Origin: an uncultured Clostridia bacterium | GTDB lineage: Bacteria; Bacillota; Clostridia; TANB77; CAG-508 | Direction of reading: 5' to 3' | NCBI GenBank assembly: GCA_963558405.1 | Contig: CAUWGC010000015.1 | Span: forward strand, 1 to 43,280 | DNA length: 43,280 bases | Shown here: positions 1 to 10,764 of the stretch, piece by piece | Layout: each line of letters begins with the position of its first letter | How positions within the stretch are numbered: position 1 is the stretch's first letter | Translations under genes and position numbers: made by a program | Notes under the pieces: generated by a model | Database searches by the model: none | What the model was told of the DNA's origin: nothing | What the model saw: the letters and a program-made list of their open reading frames with translations, nothing else

Positions 1-54
1 TACTTTACAAGCGACTTATCAGCCTTTTACTCTTTAAAAAGTGTCAAATTCAGG

Positions 55-83
55 AATATAGCATATATTTTTATAATTTGCAA
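55..83 (-). promoter_or_regulatory. sigma70/SigA-type promoter firing leftwards out of the window
   Basis: Minus strand TTGCAA-N17-TATATT. Confidence 0.5.
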
Positions 84-158
84 GTTTTTTTAACAATTTT
101 TTTATTTTCTCTTGAATTATTTTATTTTTCACAGTATAATAATAGTGTTCTAAAATTT

Positions 159-235
159 GCGTCTGTAGCTTAGTTGGATAGAGTGCGAGGCTACGAACTT
201 CGAGGTCGGGGGTTCGAATCCCTCCAGACGCACCA
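159..235 (+). tRNA. tRNA-Arg(ACG)
   Basis: GCGTCTG...CAGACGC acceptor stem, anticodon arm CGAGG-CT-ACG-AA-CTTCG, GGTTCGAATCC T-loop, encoded CCA. Confidence 0.97.
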
Positions 236-340
236 ATGACGTATCTGTTCGAACTAACAGATAGATTAAAAATCATTCAAGTAGTTGGATGATTTTTTTC
301 TTTGCCCAAAAAACATCATCCAATATCCTAAAAAGAAAGG

Positions 341-625
341 ATGGTGCTTGAAATGAAGATAATTAAAGAAGAACTGCGATTTGAGGAAAACTTAAAGAAA
401 AGGCTAGAATTTATATGTGAATTCTCAAAGGTTACTCCTACTTTTGTTAATGGTAGTATAAGAAAAATTGAGAAGACCAATATCTCTTATATTGAGCCAC
501 ATAGAGTGATTGTAAAAGATACCACTTTTCTGGTCTTTAATTATTCTAATGATGTTTATATATCCAATCTAGCAAAAAAGATAAAATTATCGGAATTAGA
601 AGATTATATAAACAGCATAAAATAG
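341..625 (+). CDS. hypothetical protein of the mobile element
   Basis: 94-aa ORF; AAGGATGGTG-like RBS suggests a start at the ATG near 353. Confidence 0.65.
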   Translation: MVLEMKIIKEELRFEENLKKRLEFICEFSKVTPTFVNGSIRKIEKTNISYIEPHRVIVKDTTFLVFNYSNDVYISNLAKKIKLSELEDYINSIK

Positions 626-632
626 CTAAAAT

Positions 633-660
633 TTGACATTTCTGAAAATCGTGATATAAT
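633..660 (+). promoter_or_regulatory. SigA-type promoter upstream of the recombinase
   Basis: TTGACA-N16-TATAAT. Confidence 0.6.
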
Positions 661-752
661 ACTAGCAGTAAATTATTTATGTTTACCTGTTAGGAGTTGA
701 TTATATGTTTTTGGTTTGTTCCAAGAAAATATATTGTAATATAAACAGATTT

Positions 753-800
753 AAGAGATGTCAAGGATAACTTGTGTGTTTTCTTTGATGTCTCTTTTTT
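753..800 (+). terminator. intrinsic terminator/attenuator in the recombinase leader
   Basis: AAGAGATGTCAAGGA...TCTTTGATGTCTCTT stem followed by a T-run, just before the AGGAGG RBS. Confidence 0.6.
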
Positions 801-805
801 GTTAG

Positions 806-2749
<1,944 letters not shown>

Positions 2750-2995
2750 TTGTTGCAACTTTTACTTTAGTTATGGGCTATGTTGCAACAATCAAATTAA
2801 CGTGGCACGTTTTGTTTTTACGGAGTAAAAATGAAAGTGGCGATAGTTAATTTGAATAAATTTTATTCCATTGGGAGAAAATTTATTGCCTCGTAGAGCT
2901 CCCGAGTTTTGATAGTATGTCAAAACTCATAGGGGGTTAGGACTTATGACAGAGTCAAAGTCCTATGCTTCGAAGCAAGTTCTAAAGGAGGAAAA
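2750..2995. promoter_or_regulatory. candidate oriT region (cluster of inverted repeats)
   Basis: Several IRs, e.g. GAGTTTTGA...TCAAAACTC, TAGGACTT...AAGTCCTA and TTGTTGCAAC/GTTGCAACAA, directly upstream of the relaxase. Confidence 0.5.
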
Positions 2996-2997
2996 AG

Positions 2998-4407
2998 ATG
3001 GAGCAAGAATTAGCATATTCTTTTCACTTAGGTAGTGATAAGAACAAAAGTAAAGTAGCTAAAAAAACAGCAAAAGGAAATGTATCTGGTACAACTTCTC
3101 TATCAAATAATGCTATACAAAATGCAAATGATTTATCTAGAGCAAACAAACACAACTTGCGAGATTATGATAATCAAAGAGAATTGATTACAACAATATA
3201 TGGAACTAACGATATTGTTGAAGATGTTAAGCAGGTATATTTAGATGAATTTGAAGAAGCTCGTATTGAGTTTAATAATAAGCAGACTAGAAATGATAGA
3301 AAAATTAATAATTATTTTGAAAAGGCATGTACATTACAGAACGATATTGCTTGTGAAATTATAATAGAACTTGGAGATATGGATTTTTGGCAAGACAAAG
3401 ATGATGAGTATAGATTCAAAATGATTGATGTATATAATGAGCAAATACAAGACTTAAATAAAATAGTACCAAACTTTAAGGTAGCTAATGCAACAATTCA
3501 TTTTGATGAAACCTCTCCCCACATGCATGTTATTGGTGTACCAGTAATTGATAATTGTAAAAAAGGTATGAAAAAACAAGTTGGTAAATCAAAAGTGTTT
3601 ACCAAAGAGTCATTAACAGCTATTCAAGATAAAATGAGAAATGCCTGTATCAAGTCTTATAACAAGTTTTATGGTGTTGATAGTAGGCTAAAAGCTAAAC
3701 AAAAAGGCAGAAATCAAGACATCAATGTAAAAGAAATGGGTAATTACAGAGAAATAAAGAAAAGACTTGAACAGCAAAAGCAAAAACTTGAAAATGCTAA
3801 TAAACAAACTAAAAAACTAGATAATTCAAGTAAAGGTATAATTGAGTTGTTAGATAACTTAAAGCCTATGCACTTTAATAAAAATAATAGTCAAATTTCA
3901 AACGAGAATATAGAAAATATCAAAGATTATATTAAAGATGTAACAGATGTTACTGAGACAGTTAGAAGTGTAAATGACTTAAATATGTCGATTAAAGATT
4001 TTGAACATGCCACTTCTAAAATAGAGAATGAAAATTATTCACTTAAAGAACAAATAAAGCTAAAAGATGATGATATAAAGGAATTAAAGGATGAATTATC
4101 GGCTAAAGATAAAGCAATTATCAAATTAAGTAGTGCTTTGGAAAAAGCTAAAACTGAATTAAGTAAATTTAAGGGATTTTGGAAATCACTTATTAAAAGA
4201 TTTCAAATGAAGATATTTGATGAAAAATATTATGATATTCCAAAAGATAAACGAAACTATACTATTGTAGCAGAAGATTTAGAAAAAAGTGGAATATTTG
4301 ATAATAACGATTCAGATATAGTTCATAATCCTACAAGAAAAGTATTAACAAATGACGAATTAGCTGAAATACAAGCTAAAAAGAAAAACGATTATAATTT
4401 GAATTAA
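2998..4407 (+). CDS. MobV/Pre-family relaxase (plasmid recombination enzyme)
   Basis: HNLR motif I and IHFDETSPHMH motif III, followed by a long C-terminal coiled coil. Confidence 0.88.
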   Translation: MEQELAYSFHLGSDKNKSKVAKKTAKGNVSGTTSLSNNAIQNANDLSRANKHNLRDYDNQRELITTIYGTNDIVEDVKQVYLDEFEEARIEFNNKQTRNDRKINNYFEKACTLQNDIACEIIIELGDMDFWQDKDDEYRFKMIDVYNEQIQDLNKIVPNFKVANATIHFDETSPHMHVIGVPVIDNCKKGMKKQVGKSKVFTKESLTAIQDKMRNACIKSYNKFYGVDSRLKAKQKGRNQDINVKEMGNYREIKKRLEQQKQKLENANKQTKKLDNSSKGIIELLDNLKPMHFNKNNSQISNENIENIKDYIKDVTDVTETVRSVNDLNMSIKDFEHATSKIENENYSLKEQIKLKDDDIKELKDELSAKDKAIIKLSSALEKAKTELSKFKGFWKSLIKRFQMKIFDEKYYDIPKDKRNYTIVAEDLEKSGIFDNNDSDIVHNPTRKVLTNDELAEIQAKKKNDYNLN

Positions 4408-4422
4408 AGGAGTGAAATAATT

Positions 4423-4812
4423 ATGAATAATGAATTACCAAAAACAAAGATAGATGAAAAAACTGGAATTGAATATCATTTAGAGGGAGATTATTATATT
4501 CCAAATCTTACAATGCCAAAACAAGAAAATATAACTCTTAATAAATATGGCAGAATGAGATTAAACTACCTAAAAGAGCATAAAAAAGCAGACTATTCAA
4601 TAATGCTTTTAGATGGTACATTAAATAGTCATCTAAAAGAAATTCAAGAACAAGCTACATCAAGGGTTGAACAAATTATTAAACAACTAAAAGATAATAG
4701 CGATTTAACCGAAGAAATGAAAAATACAGATATGCTTTATTGGGTTGGAACTATGAATGCTATTAAGAATCAAGCTGAAGAAATAGTTTGTAGTGAATTA
4801 ATATATGTATAG
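4423..4812 (+). CDS. tnpV: TnpV family protein
   Basis: GDYYIPNL...KYGRMRLNYLKEH...WVGTMNAIKNQAEEIV..ELIY pattern typical of TnpV. Confidence 0.85.
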   Translation: MNNELPKTKIDEKTGIEYHLEGDYYIPNLTMPKQENITLNKYGRMRLNYLKEHKKADYSIMLLDGTLNSHLKEIQEQATSRVEQIIKQLKDNSDLTEEMKNTDMLYWVGTMNAIKNQAEEIVCSELIYV

Positions 4813-4815
4813 GAG

Positions 4816-5106
4816 ATGGTGCAAATGAAGAATTTAAGAGAAGTTAAAGATGATTTATTAAAAGAATGGTTAGAATTTCGAGAAGAAACAGTACTTAGTG
4901 AAATGACTCCTCAAGACAAGCAATATTGTATCTATTTTGAAGAAATTGCAGAGAGAATACTAAAGAATGTACATGAACAAAATAAGAGATATGTTCAAAA
5001 ACAACTTGACCAACTTGAAAAGAATTTTATGGATTATTTATATTACTGGAATGAGAAGTATTACAGAAATGGTTTTGTGGATGTGATTGAGTTGTTAGAA
5101 ATATAA
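4816..5106 (+). CDS. hypothetical protein
   Basis: 96-aa ORF closely following tnpV, ending YYRNGFVD. Confidence 0.7.
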   Translation: MVQMKNLREVKDDLLKEWLEFREETVLSEMTPQDKQYCIYFEEIAERILKNVHEQNKRYVQKQLDQLEKNFMDYLYYWNEKYYRNGFVDVIELLEI

Positions 5107-5111
5107 ATTAC

Positions 5112-5150
5112 AGGATGTAGAGAATTAAGTGTGTTCTCTACATCCTATTT
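5112..5150 (+). terminator. intrinsic terminator
   Basis: AGGATGTAGAGAA...TTCTCTACATCCT followed by ATTTT. Confidence 0.75.
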
Positions 5151-5154
5151 TATT

Positions 5155-5176
5155 GTTACTAGATAATGGTTTTAAA
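5155..5176 (+). repeat. 22-bp direct repeat, copy 1
   Basis: GTTACTAGATAATGGTTTTAAA, identical to 8193-8214. Confidence 0.85.
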
Positions 5177-5314
5177 AATTAGCCGCTGAAAATAGTTGAT
5201 AATTATATGAATATTTATAATATTGAATTATAATAAATAAAAAATATGAAAAAACAAACTTTTTTATAAAGAAAAATATCTAATAAATGTAAGCCAAAGA
5301 AAGAGGAGAAGAAC

Positions 5315-5818
5315 TTGAAAAATTTAGATGAAAGAAATCAGCTAATAATACAATATATAAATAAAAATCAAGAAAAGCTTTATAGGCTAGTATTTAGTTA
5401 TATTAAAGACGAAGAACAATCTTTAGATGTAATACAAAATGCTATACTAAAAGCACTAGATAATCTTGAGAAATTAAGAGAAGAAAAGTATCTTGAGACT
5501 TGGATATATAGAATAGCGATAAATGAAAGCTTAAAATATATAAAAAAGCAAAAGAAAGAACCAATATTTAATATTCAAGATTATGAGATTTCTTCAGAAG
5601 AATTTGAAAATAAAGACATAACAGATATAATGGACTTGTATAAGGCTATAGATAGCCTAAAACCAAAATTAAAAACTGTTATTATTTTAAGATTTTTCGA
5701 AGATAAAAGTTTAGCTGAAATTTCTAAAATTACAAATTCTAATCTAAGTACAGTAAAAACAAGGCTATATAAGGCTTTAAAAGAATTAAAAGTAAAAATA
5801 AGAAAGGACGAATTATAA
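5315..5818 (+). CDS. ECF sigma factor (SigV-like)
   Basis: Region 2 LYRLVFSY...DVIQ...WIYRIAINE and region 4 LRFFEDKSLAEIS...STVKTRLY. Confidence 0.9.
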   Translation: MKNLDERNQLIIQYINKNQEKLYRLVFSYIKDEEQSLDVIQNAILKALDNLEKLREEKYLETWIYRIAINESLKYIKKQKKEPIFNIQDYEISSEEFENKDITDIMDLYKAIDSLKPKLKTVIILRFFEDKSLAEISKITNSNLSTVKTRLYKALKELKVKIRKDEL

Positions 5819-6726
5819 TGAATTTTAAGAAAGCAAAAAATTTTTATAAATCGACTAAAATTCCAAAAGAACTAAATCAAAAGATAAGCAATATAACTCA
5901 TAAATATGAAAGCAATAAAGTAAATAATAATCAAGACATATTAGGGAAAATAAATAAAAAGCTATTAACAAAACAAAGTAAAATTATATTATCGACTGCA
6001 ATGTCATTTTGTTTATTATTTGTAATATTACTAAATATCAATGTTACATTTGCTAAAACGGCTAAAAATATACCTATAATAGGAAAAGTTGCTGAAATTT
6101 TAACATGGGCAGATTATCATGATGAAACAGAAATTTATCAAAGAGATATAAAAATACCAGAAGTAATACAATTGGATAATTCGATTATGCAAAATAAGAT
6201 AAATAATAAAATTGCACAAAAAATTGTTGATTTATTAAATGAAACAGAAAAATCTGCAAATCAAATAGCAGAAGAAATAGGAAAAAGCAACATTAATGGA
6301 TCAATATATGGAAAATATCATATAAGAATTGACTATGAAGTAAAACATAATAAAGATAATATATTATCATTTATTTTAATTAAGGAAGAAGGACTAAATA
6401 CAAGTAGTAAAGATATATACACATATAATTATAATTTAGAAACAGAAAAGGAAATCAAATTAGAAGATATATTAGGAAAAGACTATAAAAAAATTGTAGA
6501 TGAACAAATTTATAAAAAAATTGAAGAGCAAGAAAAGAGCGATGAAAATATAAGATACTTCCATCCAGATGATGAATATATAAGAGGAGAAGATAATTAT
6601 TTCCATGGAATATCTGAAAATCAATCATTTTATATAAATAAAAACGGAAATCCAGTAATTATCTTTGATAAATATTCAATAGCAGCTGGATATATGGGAA
6701 CACCAGAATTTGAAATATTAAAATAG
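5818..6726 (+). CDS. anti-sigma factor, RsiV-like (DUF3298-type C-terminus)
   Basis: Single TM followed by FAKTAKNIPIIG; C-terminal FYINKNGNPVIIFDKYSIAAGYMGTPEF; start overlaps the sigma stop. Confidence 0.85.
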   Translation: MNFKKAKNFYKSTKIPKELNQKISNITHKYESNKVNNNQDILGKINKKLLTKQSKIILSTAMSFCLLFVILLNINVTFAKTAKNIPIIGKVAEILTWADYHDETEIYQRDIKIPEVIQLDNSIMQNKINNKIAQKIVDLLNETEKSANQIAEEIGKSNINGSIYGKYHIRIDYEVKHNKDNILSFILIKEEGLNTSSKDIYTYNYNLETEKEIKLEDILGKDYKKIVDEQIYKKIEEQEKSDENIRYFHPDDEYIRGEDNYFHGISENQSFYINKNGNPVIIFDKYSIAAGYMGTPEFEILK

Positions 6727-6740
6727 AAAAGAGATATACT

Positions 6741-7940
6741 ATGAACGAAGCAAAAAATATAAAAAAGATAAACAAGAAAAAAATTATTTTGGTAGTAATA
6801 ATTGTAATACTAATAGTAGTAGCTATAAAATTAATTTGTTATTTTATGGAAAAACCACAAGTTAAATTAATTGGAGACAGTAATGTTTCATTAACACTTG
6901 GAAGTGAATATAAGGAATTAGGAGCAAATGCAACAGTACACAAAAAACAAATAAACAACAAAATTCAAGTAAAAGGTGAAGTTGATACATCAAAAGTAGG
7001 AAAATATAGTATAAACTATTGCATAAATAATAAACCATATGCAACTAGAAATATAGAAGTAAAAGATAATATTGCACCCATTTTAGAACTTAAAGGAAGT
7101 AAAATTATCAATCTAAAAGAAAATACAGAATATGAAGAAACTGGATATGTAGCAAAAGATAATTATGATGGTGATATTACAAATAATGTAATAACTCAAA
7201 AAGAAGATATAAATGAAGATGAGTATAAAATAACATATAAAGTAAAAGATTCTTCTGGAAATGAAACAAAAAATGAGAGAATATTAATAAAGAACAAACC
7301 TAAGCAAAATGAAAGTGTAATTTATTTAACTTTTGATGATGGACCAAGCCTAGACATTACTCCACATATTTTAGATATTTTAAAAGAAGAAGATATAAAA
7401 GCTACATTTTTTATATTAGATTATAATAATAAAAAAGAAGAATTAGTAAAAAGAGAAGTAGAAGAAGGACACTCAATAGGGCTTCATGGAGTATCACATA
7501 ATTATAAAGAAATATATGGATCATTAGAAAATGGATTAAATAATTTTATTAACTTAAATAAAAAAGTAAAAGAAAGCACGGGAATAGATACAAAGCTCAT
7601 TAGATTTCCAGGAGGAAGTTCTAATACAGTTAGTAAATTTAATCCAGGGATAATGACAAATTTAGCAATGAATTTATTAGAAAAAGGATATAAATATTAT
7701 GATTGGAATGTAGCTTCAGGAGATTCAGGAGATGTAAAAACTAAAGAAGCCGTTTACAACAATGTAACTAAGGGAATAAGAAAAAATAGAAATAACATAG
7801 TTTTAATGCACGACTTTTCTGGAAATTCTAAAACATTAAATGCATTAAGGGATATTATCAAATATGGAAAAGCTAATGGATATACATTTGAAAGAATTAC
7901 TGAAAGTACACCAATGATTACTCAAAATATTGTAAACTAA
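6741..7940 (+). CDS. membrane-anchored polysaccharide/peptidoglycan deacetylase with two Ig-like (DUF5011-like) repeats
   Basis: NodB motifs TFDDGP, HGVSH, RFPGG, DW, LMHD; N-terminal TM. Confidence 0.9.
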   Translation: MNEAKNIKKINKKKIILVVIIVILIVVAIKLICYFMEKPQVKLIGDSNVSLTLGSEYKELGANATVHKKQINNKIQVKGEVDTSKVGKYSINYCINNKPYATRNIEVKDNIAPILELKGSKIINLKENTEYEETGYVAKDNYDGDITNNVITQKEDINEDEYKITYKVKDSSGNETKNERILIKNKPKQNESVIYLTFDDGPSLDITPHILDILKEEDIKATFFILDYNNKKEELVKREVEEGHSIGLHGVSHNYKEIYGSLENGLNNFINLNKKVKESTGIDTKLIRFPGGSSNTVSKFNPGIMTNLAMNLLEKGYKYYDWNVASGDSGDVKTKEAVYNNVTKGIRKNRNNIVLMHDFSGNSKTLNALRDIIKYGKANGYTFERITESTPMITQNIVN

Positions 7941-8192
7941 TAAGATTCATTTAAATACTCGAAGAATAAAAATTAAAGAATTTATTATCAAAATTATATT
8001 ATTATTTATTATTGAAAATATATTAGTAGATAATTAATTTATATACGAAAAATAAAAAAAGTTGATATTGCAATATTTTTTAAAGTTCTTTTGTTTAATT
8101 CATTAAAAATCTAAAACTTTAAAAGAATAATATAATATCAATTTTTTAAATAAGTAATTAAAAAGAAAGATTAAATAGTTAGACAAAATATA

Positions 8193-8214
8193 GTTACTAG
8201 ATAATGGTTTTAAA
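8193..8214 (+). repeat. 22-bp direct repeat, copy 2
   Basis: Identical to 5155-5176; lies just downstream of the IS66 remnant. Confidence 0.85.
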
Positions 8215-8259
8215 TAAAAATAACGGGCTTTCCTTAAATTTGGAAGGCTCGTTTAATAA

Positions 8260-8680
8260 TCAGTATGCAAATATTTTTTTCTTACCAATAAATATATTTT
8301 TTATTGTTTCTCCTATATTCATACTCTGTTTTTTACATGTATCTATTATACTTATTGCATCACAATAATATTTAGCAAAGTTTAAATTCCTAAATCCTCC
8401 TGCTATTTTTAATTTCGTTTTGATTTTTCTTAATCCTCTTTCTGCTAAGTTATTCGTAAAATCTATTCTAAAATCTGTTAAAAATCTTAAATGGTCATCC
8501 ACATATTCTCTTAATCTTGCTTTCAAACACCTCTCACTTTCATAATACTGTTTTTTATCTTTGTCATAATTTTCTTTATATTCTCTGTCCCATTTATCTA
8601 ATTTGTTTAGATATTCTACTTTTGCTTTTTCATATTCTTCTTTACTAAAAGCTGTTTTTCCTTCTAGTTTATATATATCC
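8260..8680 (-). pseudogene. IS66-family transposase C-terminal fragment
   Basis: FTNNLAERGLRKIKTKLKIAGGFR...SIIDTCKK motif; the frame stays open upstream to about 8680, where it abuts unrelated sequence. Confidence 0.8.
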
Positions 8681-9436
8681 AGGGAAACTAGAATGCATAA
8701 TATTATAACAGAGGGATTTGTTGAAGGAACTGCAAGAGCAATGATAAGAGCAATTGACCCACAAGTAAGAGATATTGATGAGGAAAAATATCCTGAATAT
8801 GTAGAAATGGCAAAAAGAGTTATAGAATCAAGAGATGTTAATTTGGGAGAAAATGGACAAGGACAAACTTATGCAGATTTTTTAATGCATTCAAGTGAAT
8901 TAAAAAGAGATTTAGAATCAAGAACAGTTGTATTAGACGATGGTAGTAAAGTTGATGGTTTGCATTATATATCAAATTATGCAGACAGAGTACAAAGCAG
9001 ACAAACCAGAAAATCACAATTTTATAGAAATATACCTAATGTGGCAGGAAAATTGAACTTATCTAAAGAACAAATAGACGAAGTAAGACAGTCTAATCTA
9101 TGGCAAAAAAGAGTATTAACTGAGGATGAACAAAATTATTTAAGGACATTATTAGTTTGAGAAAAACCCAATAATCAAGCCTATGTTGATACAGTGGTCG
9201 CAGACTTTGTTGATATTTTAGGAGAAGAAGCAGAATTCTTTGATGGAATTGCAGAAAAACTAGGATATTCAGATAGAACAATTGAGAGACAAAAAGCTAC
9301 GCAAGAATTGGTGCAGGAATCTATAAAAGGTGTACCAGATTTAACAGTATTAGATGAAATAGAACAAGTAAAAGCAAGACAACAGAGAGCAATTTCTAAC
9401 CAAAGAGAAAGTCAAGAAAATACACAAAACATATAG
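8681..9436 (+). pseudogene. 5'-truncated hypothetical gene with an internal in-frame TGA
   Basis: ORFs 8603-9160 and 9194-9436 share a frame and are separated only by TGA at 9158-9160; the ORF 5' part overlaps the IS66 remnant. Confidence 0.55.
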
Positions 9437-9447
9437 GAGATTTATGT

Positions 9448-9903
9448 ATGGTTGATAGTAAATATGGAATAGCATATAGCGAGGTTTTAGAAATATTAAA
9501 ACATATCCCAATAGAAGATTATAATAAAATACCAAGAAATGAAATAGAATTGTTTGAAACTTATGCAGATAAAGATTTTACATTTAATTATGATTCAAGC
9601 AAAACATTAGAGGAGCAAAATGTTTCAAATATTACAAAAGGGATTATAATACTTTTATTTAGAGATTATTGGGCAACTGAAATCCAAAGGAATAAAATAG
9701 TTTCAAAACAGAATTATGATAGAGTTAAGCTAGAGGAAAAAAAGAAAGAAAAATATAATCCAGATAACATTTTTATTAACAATCATAAGAACTCTTTAGT
9801 AGATATTCCAGAAAACAAGCAAGAAAAGTCATTAGTTAAAATAGATGATATAAAGTGGTATAAAAAAATTTGGAATAGAATTAAAAATTTCTTAAAAAAA
9901 TAA
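9448..9903 (+). CDS. hypothetical protein
   Basis: 151-aa ORF with AGGAG RBS and an amphipathic basic C-terminus (KWYKKIWNRIKNFLKK). Confidence 0.75.
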   Translation: MVDSKYGIAYSEVLEILKHIPIEDYNKIPRNEIELFETYADKDFTFNYDSSKTLEEQNVSNITKGIIILLFRDYWATEIQRNKIVSKQNYDRVKLEEKKKEKYNPDNIFINNHKNSLVDIPENKQEKSLVKIDDIKWYKKIWNRIKNFLKK

Positions 9904-9946
9904 GAATTTTATTTGACTTTTTCATATAATCTGTGTATAATAAATA

Positions 9947-10039
9947 TAGGAAATGACAAATCCACAAACGTGGTTTTGCCGATACAGATAGAAAAACTCA
10001 CATCTAAATCGTCAAATTTTACAGATGTGAGCTTTTTTT
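9947..10039 (+). ncRNA. putative type I antitoxin sRNA
   Basis: TTGACT-N17-TATAAT promoter (9913-9941), no credible ORF, ends in a CTCACATCT/AGATGTGAG hairpin plus T7; convergent with a small hydrophobic ORF. Confidence 0.6.
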
Positions 10040-10157
10040 ATTTATGTAGTTGCTTATCAACCCAGTTCTTATACAGAACTGCTGTCAAGGCAACGTTTAA
10101 TGTTAAAGAGAACATTAAGGATATTATAAAAAATAGTATCACTTTAACCATAAACAT
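10038..10157 (-). CDS. putative type I toxin peptide (37-39 aa, single TM)
   Basis: MFMVKVILFFIISLMFSLTLNVALTAVLYKNWVDKQLHK; RBS GAAAGGTGGTG; promoter TTGCTT-N17-TATACT at 10233-10261. Confidence 0.7.
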   Translation of the reverse strand: MFMVKVILFFIISLMFSLTLNVALTAVLYKNWVDKQLHK

Positions 10158-10410
10158 CACCACCTTTCCTACGAAGATTCGTAAAATTGGTGGCAAAACC
10201 ACATCTGCTTATTATCATTCCCTATGTCAGCTAGTATAACATAGATTTTACAATAAAGCAATAGAAAAGAAACAAAATTTCGTAAAACTTTTTTCCGAAA
10301 TTTACTTGATTTTTATATAATAATTTGGTAATATATTTATAACTTGAATGACTATTTAGTCATTCGTCAAGAGAGCTAACGAGTTGTAAATGTCTACGTC
10401 GTTGGCACCA

Positions 10411-10450
10411 AAAAACAACTCACAAATCTATATTTTGTGAGTTGTTTTTT
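10411..10450 (+). terminator. terminator, probably the original tRNA-Arg terminator displaced by the insertion
   Basis: AAAAAACAACTCACAAA...TTTGTGAGTTGTTTTTT directly after GCACCA. Confidence 0.7.
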
Positions 10451-10572
10451 CATATATATAATAAATTTAATTAACCTAAATGATACATGTTAGTTAAATT
10501 TATTATGCAAAAAGGTGAACATAAAAACTAATTTATTTATTACACTTTATTCTATATTTACATAAAAAAATT

Positions 10573-10712
10573 TTATCCACATATCCACACCCCTCCTTTT
10601 CCACTATTCTTTATTTTATATTCTTACTATTTGACTATTTTAATTTTATTGTGGAAATTGTCGAAATTAGGTTTATTCTAGATGTTGATAATGTGGATAA
10701 CTTTGTGGATTA
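10573..10712. promoter_or_regulatory. DnaA-box cluster
   Basis: Perfect TTATCCACA at 10573 and TGTGGATAA at 10692; one-mismatch boxes at 10581, 10683 and 10704. Confidence 0.6.
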
Positions 10713-10764
10713 TTTCTGGATTATTAATTTTTTTATAGTCTTAACATAATCATTTTCGAATATT

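Noticed and set aside
34-276. 80-aa minus-strand ORF
   Set aside because: It is antisense to tRNA-Arg, so a shadow ORF.
8603-8680. Annotated start of the 185-aa ORF
   Set aside because: This part is the antisense of the IS66 remnant; the ORF is a chimera across the junction.
9913-10239. 108-aa plus-strand ORF
   Set aside because: Its TTG start is the -35 box, it has no RBS, and it crosses a terminator and the antisense toxin-like ORF.
10375-10410. tRNA-like minihelix GCTAACG...CGTTGGC-ACCA
   Set aside because: It lacks D, anticodon and T arms and is better explained as the right att site.
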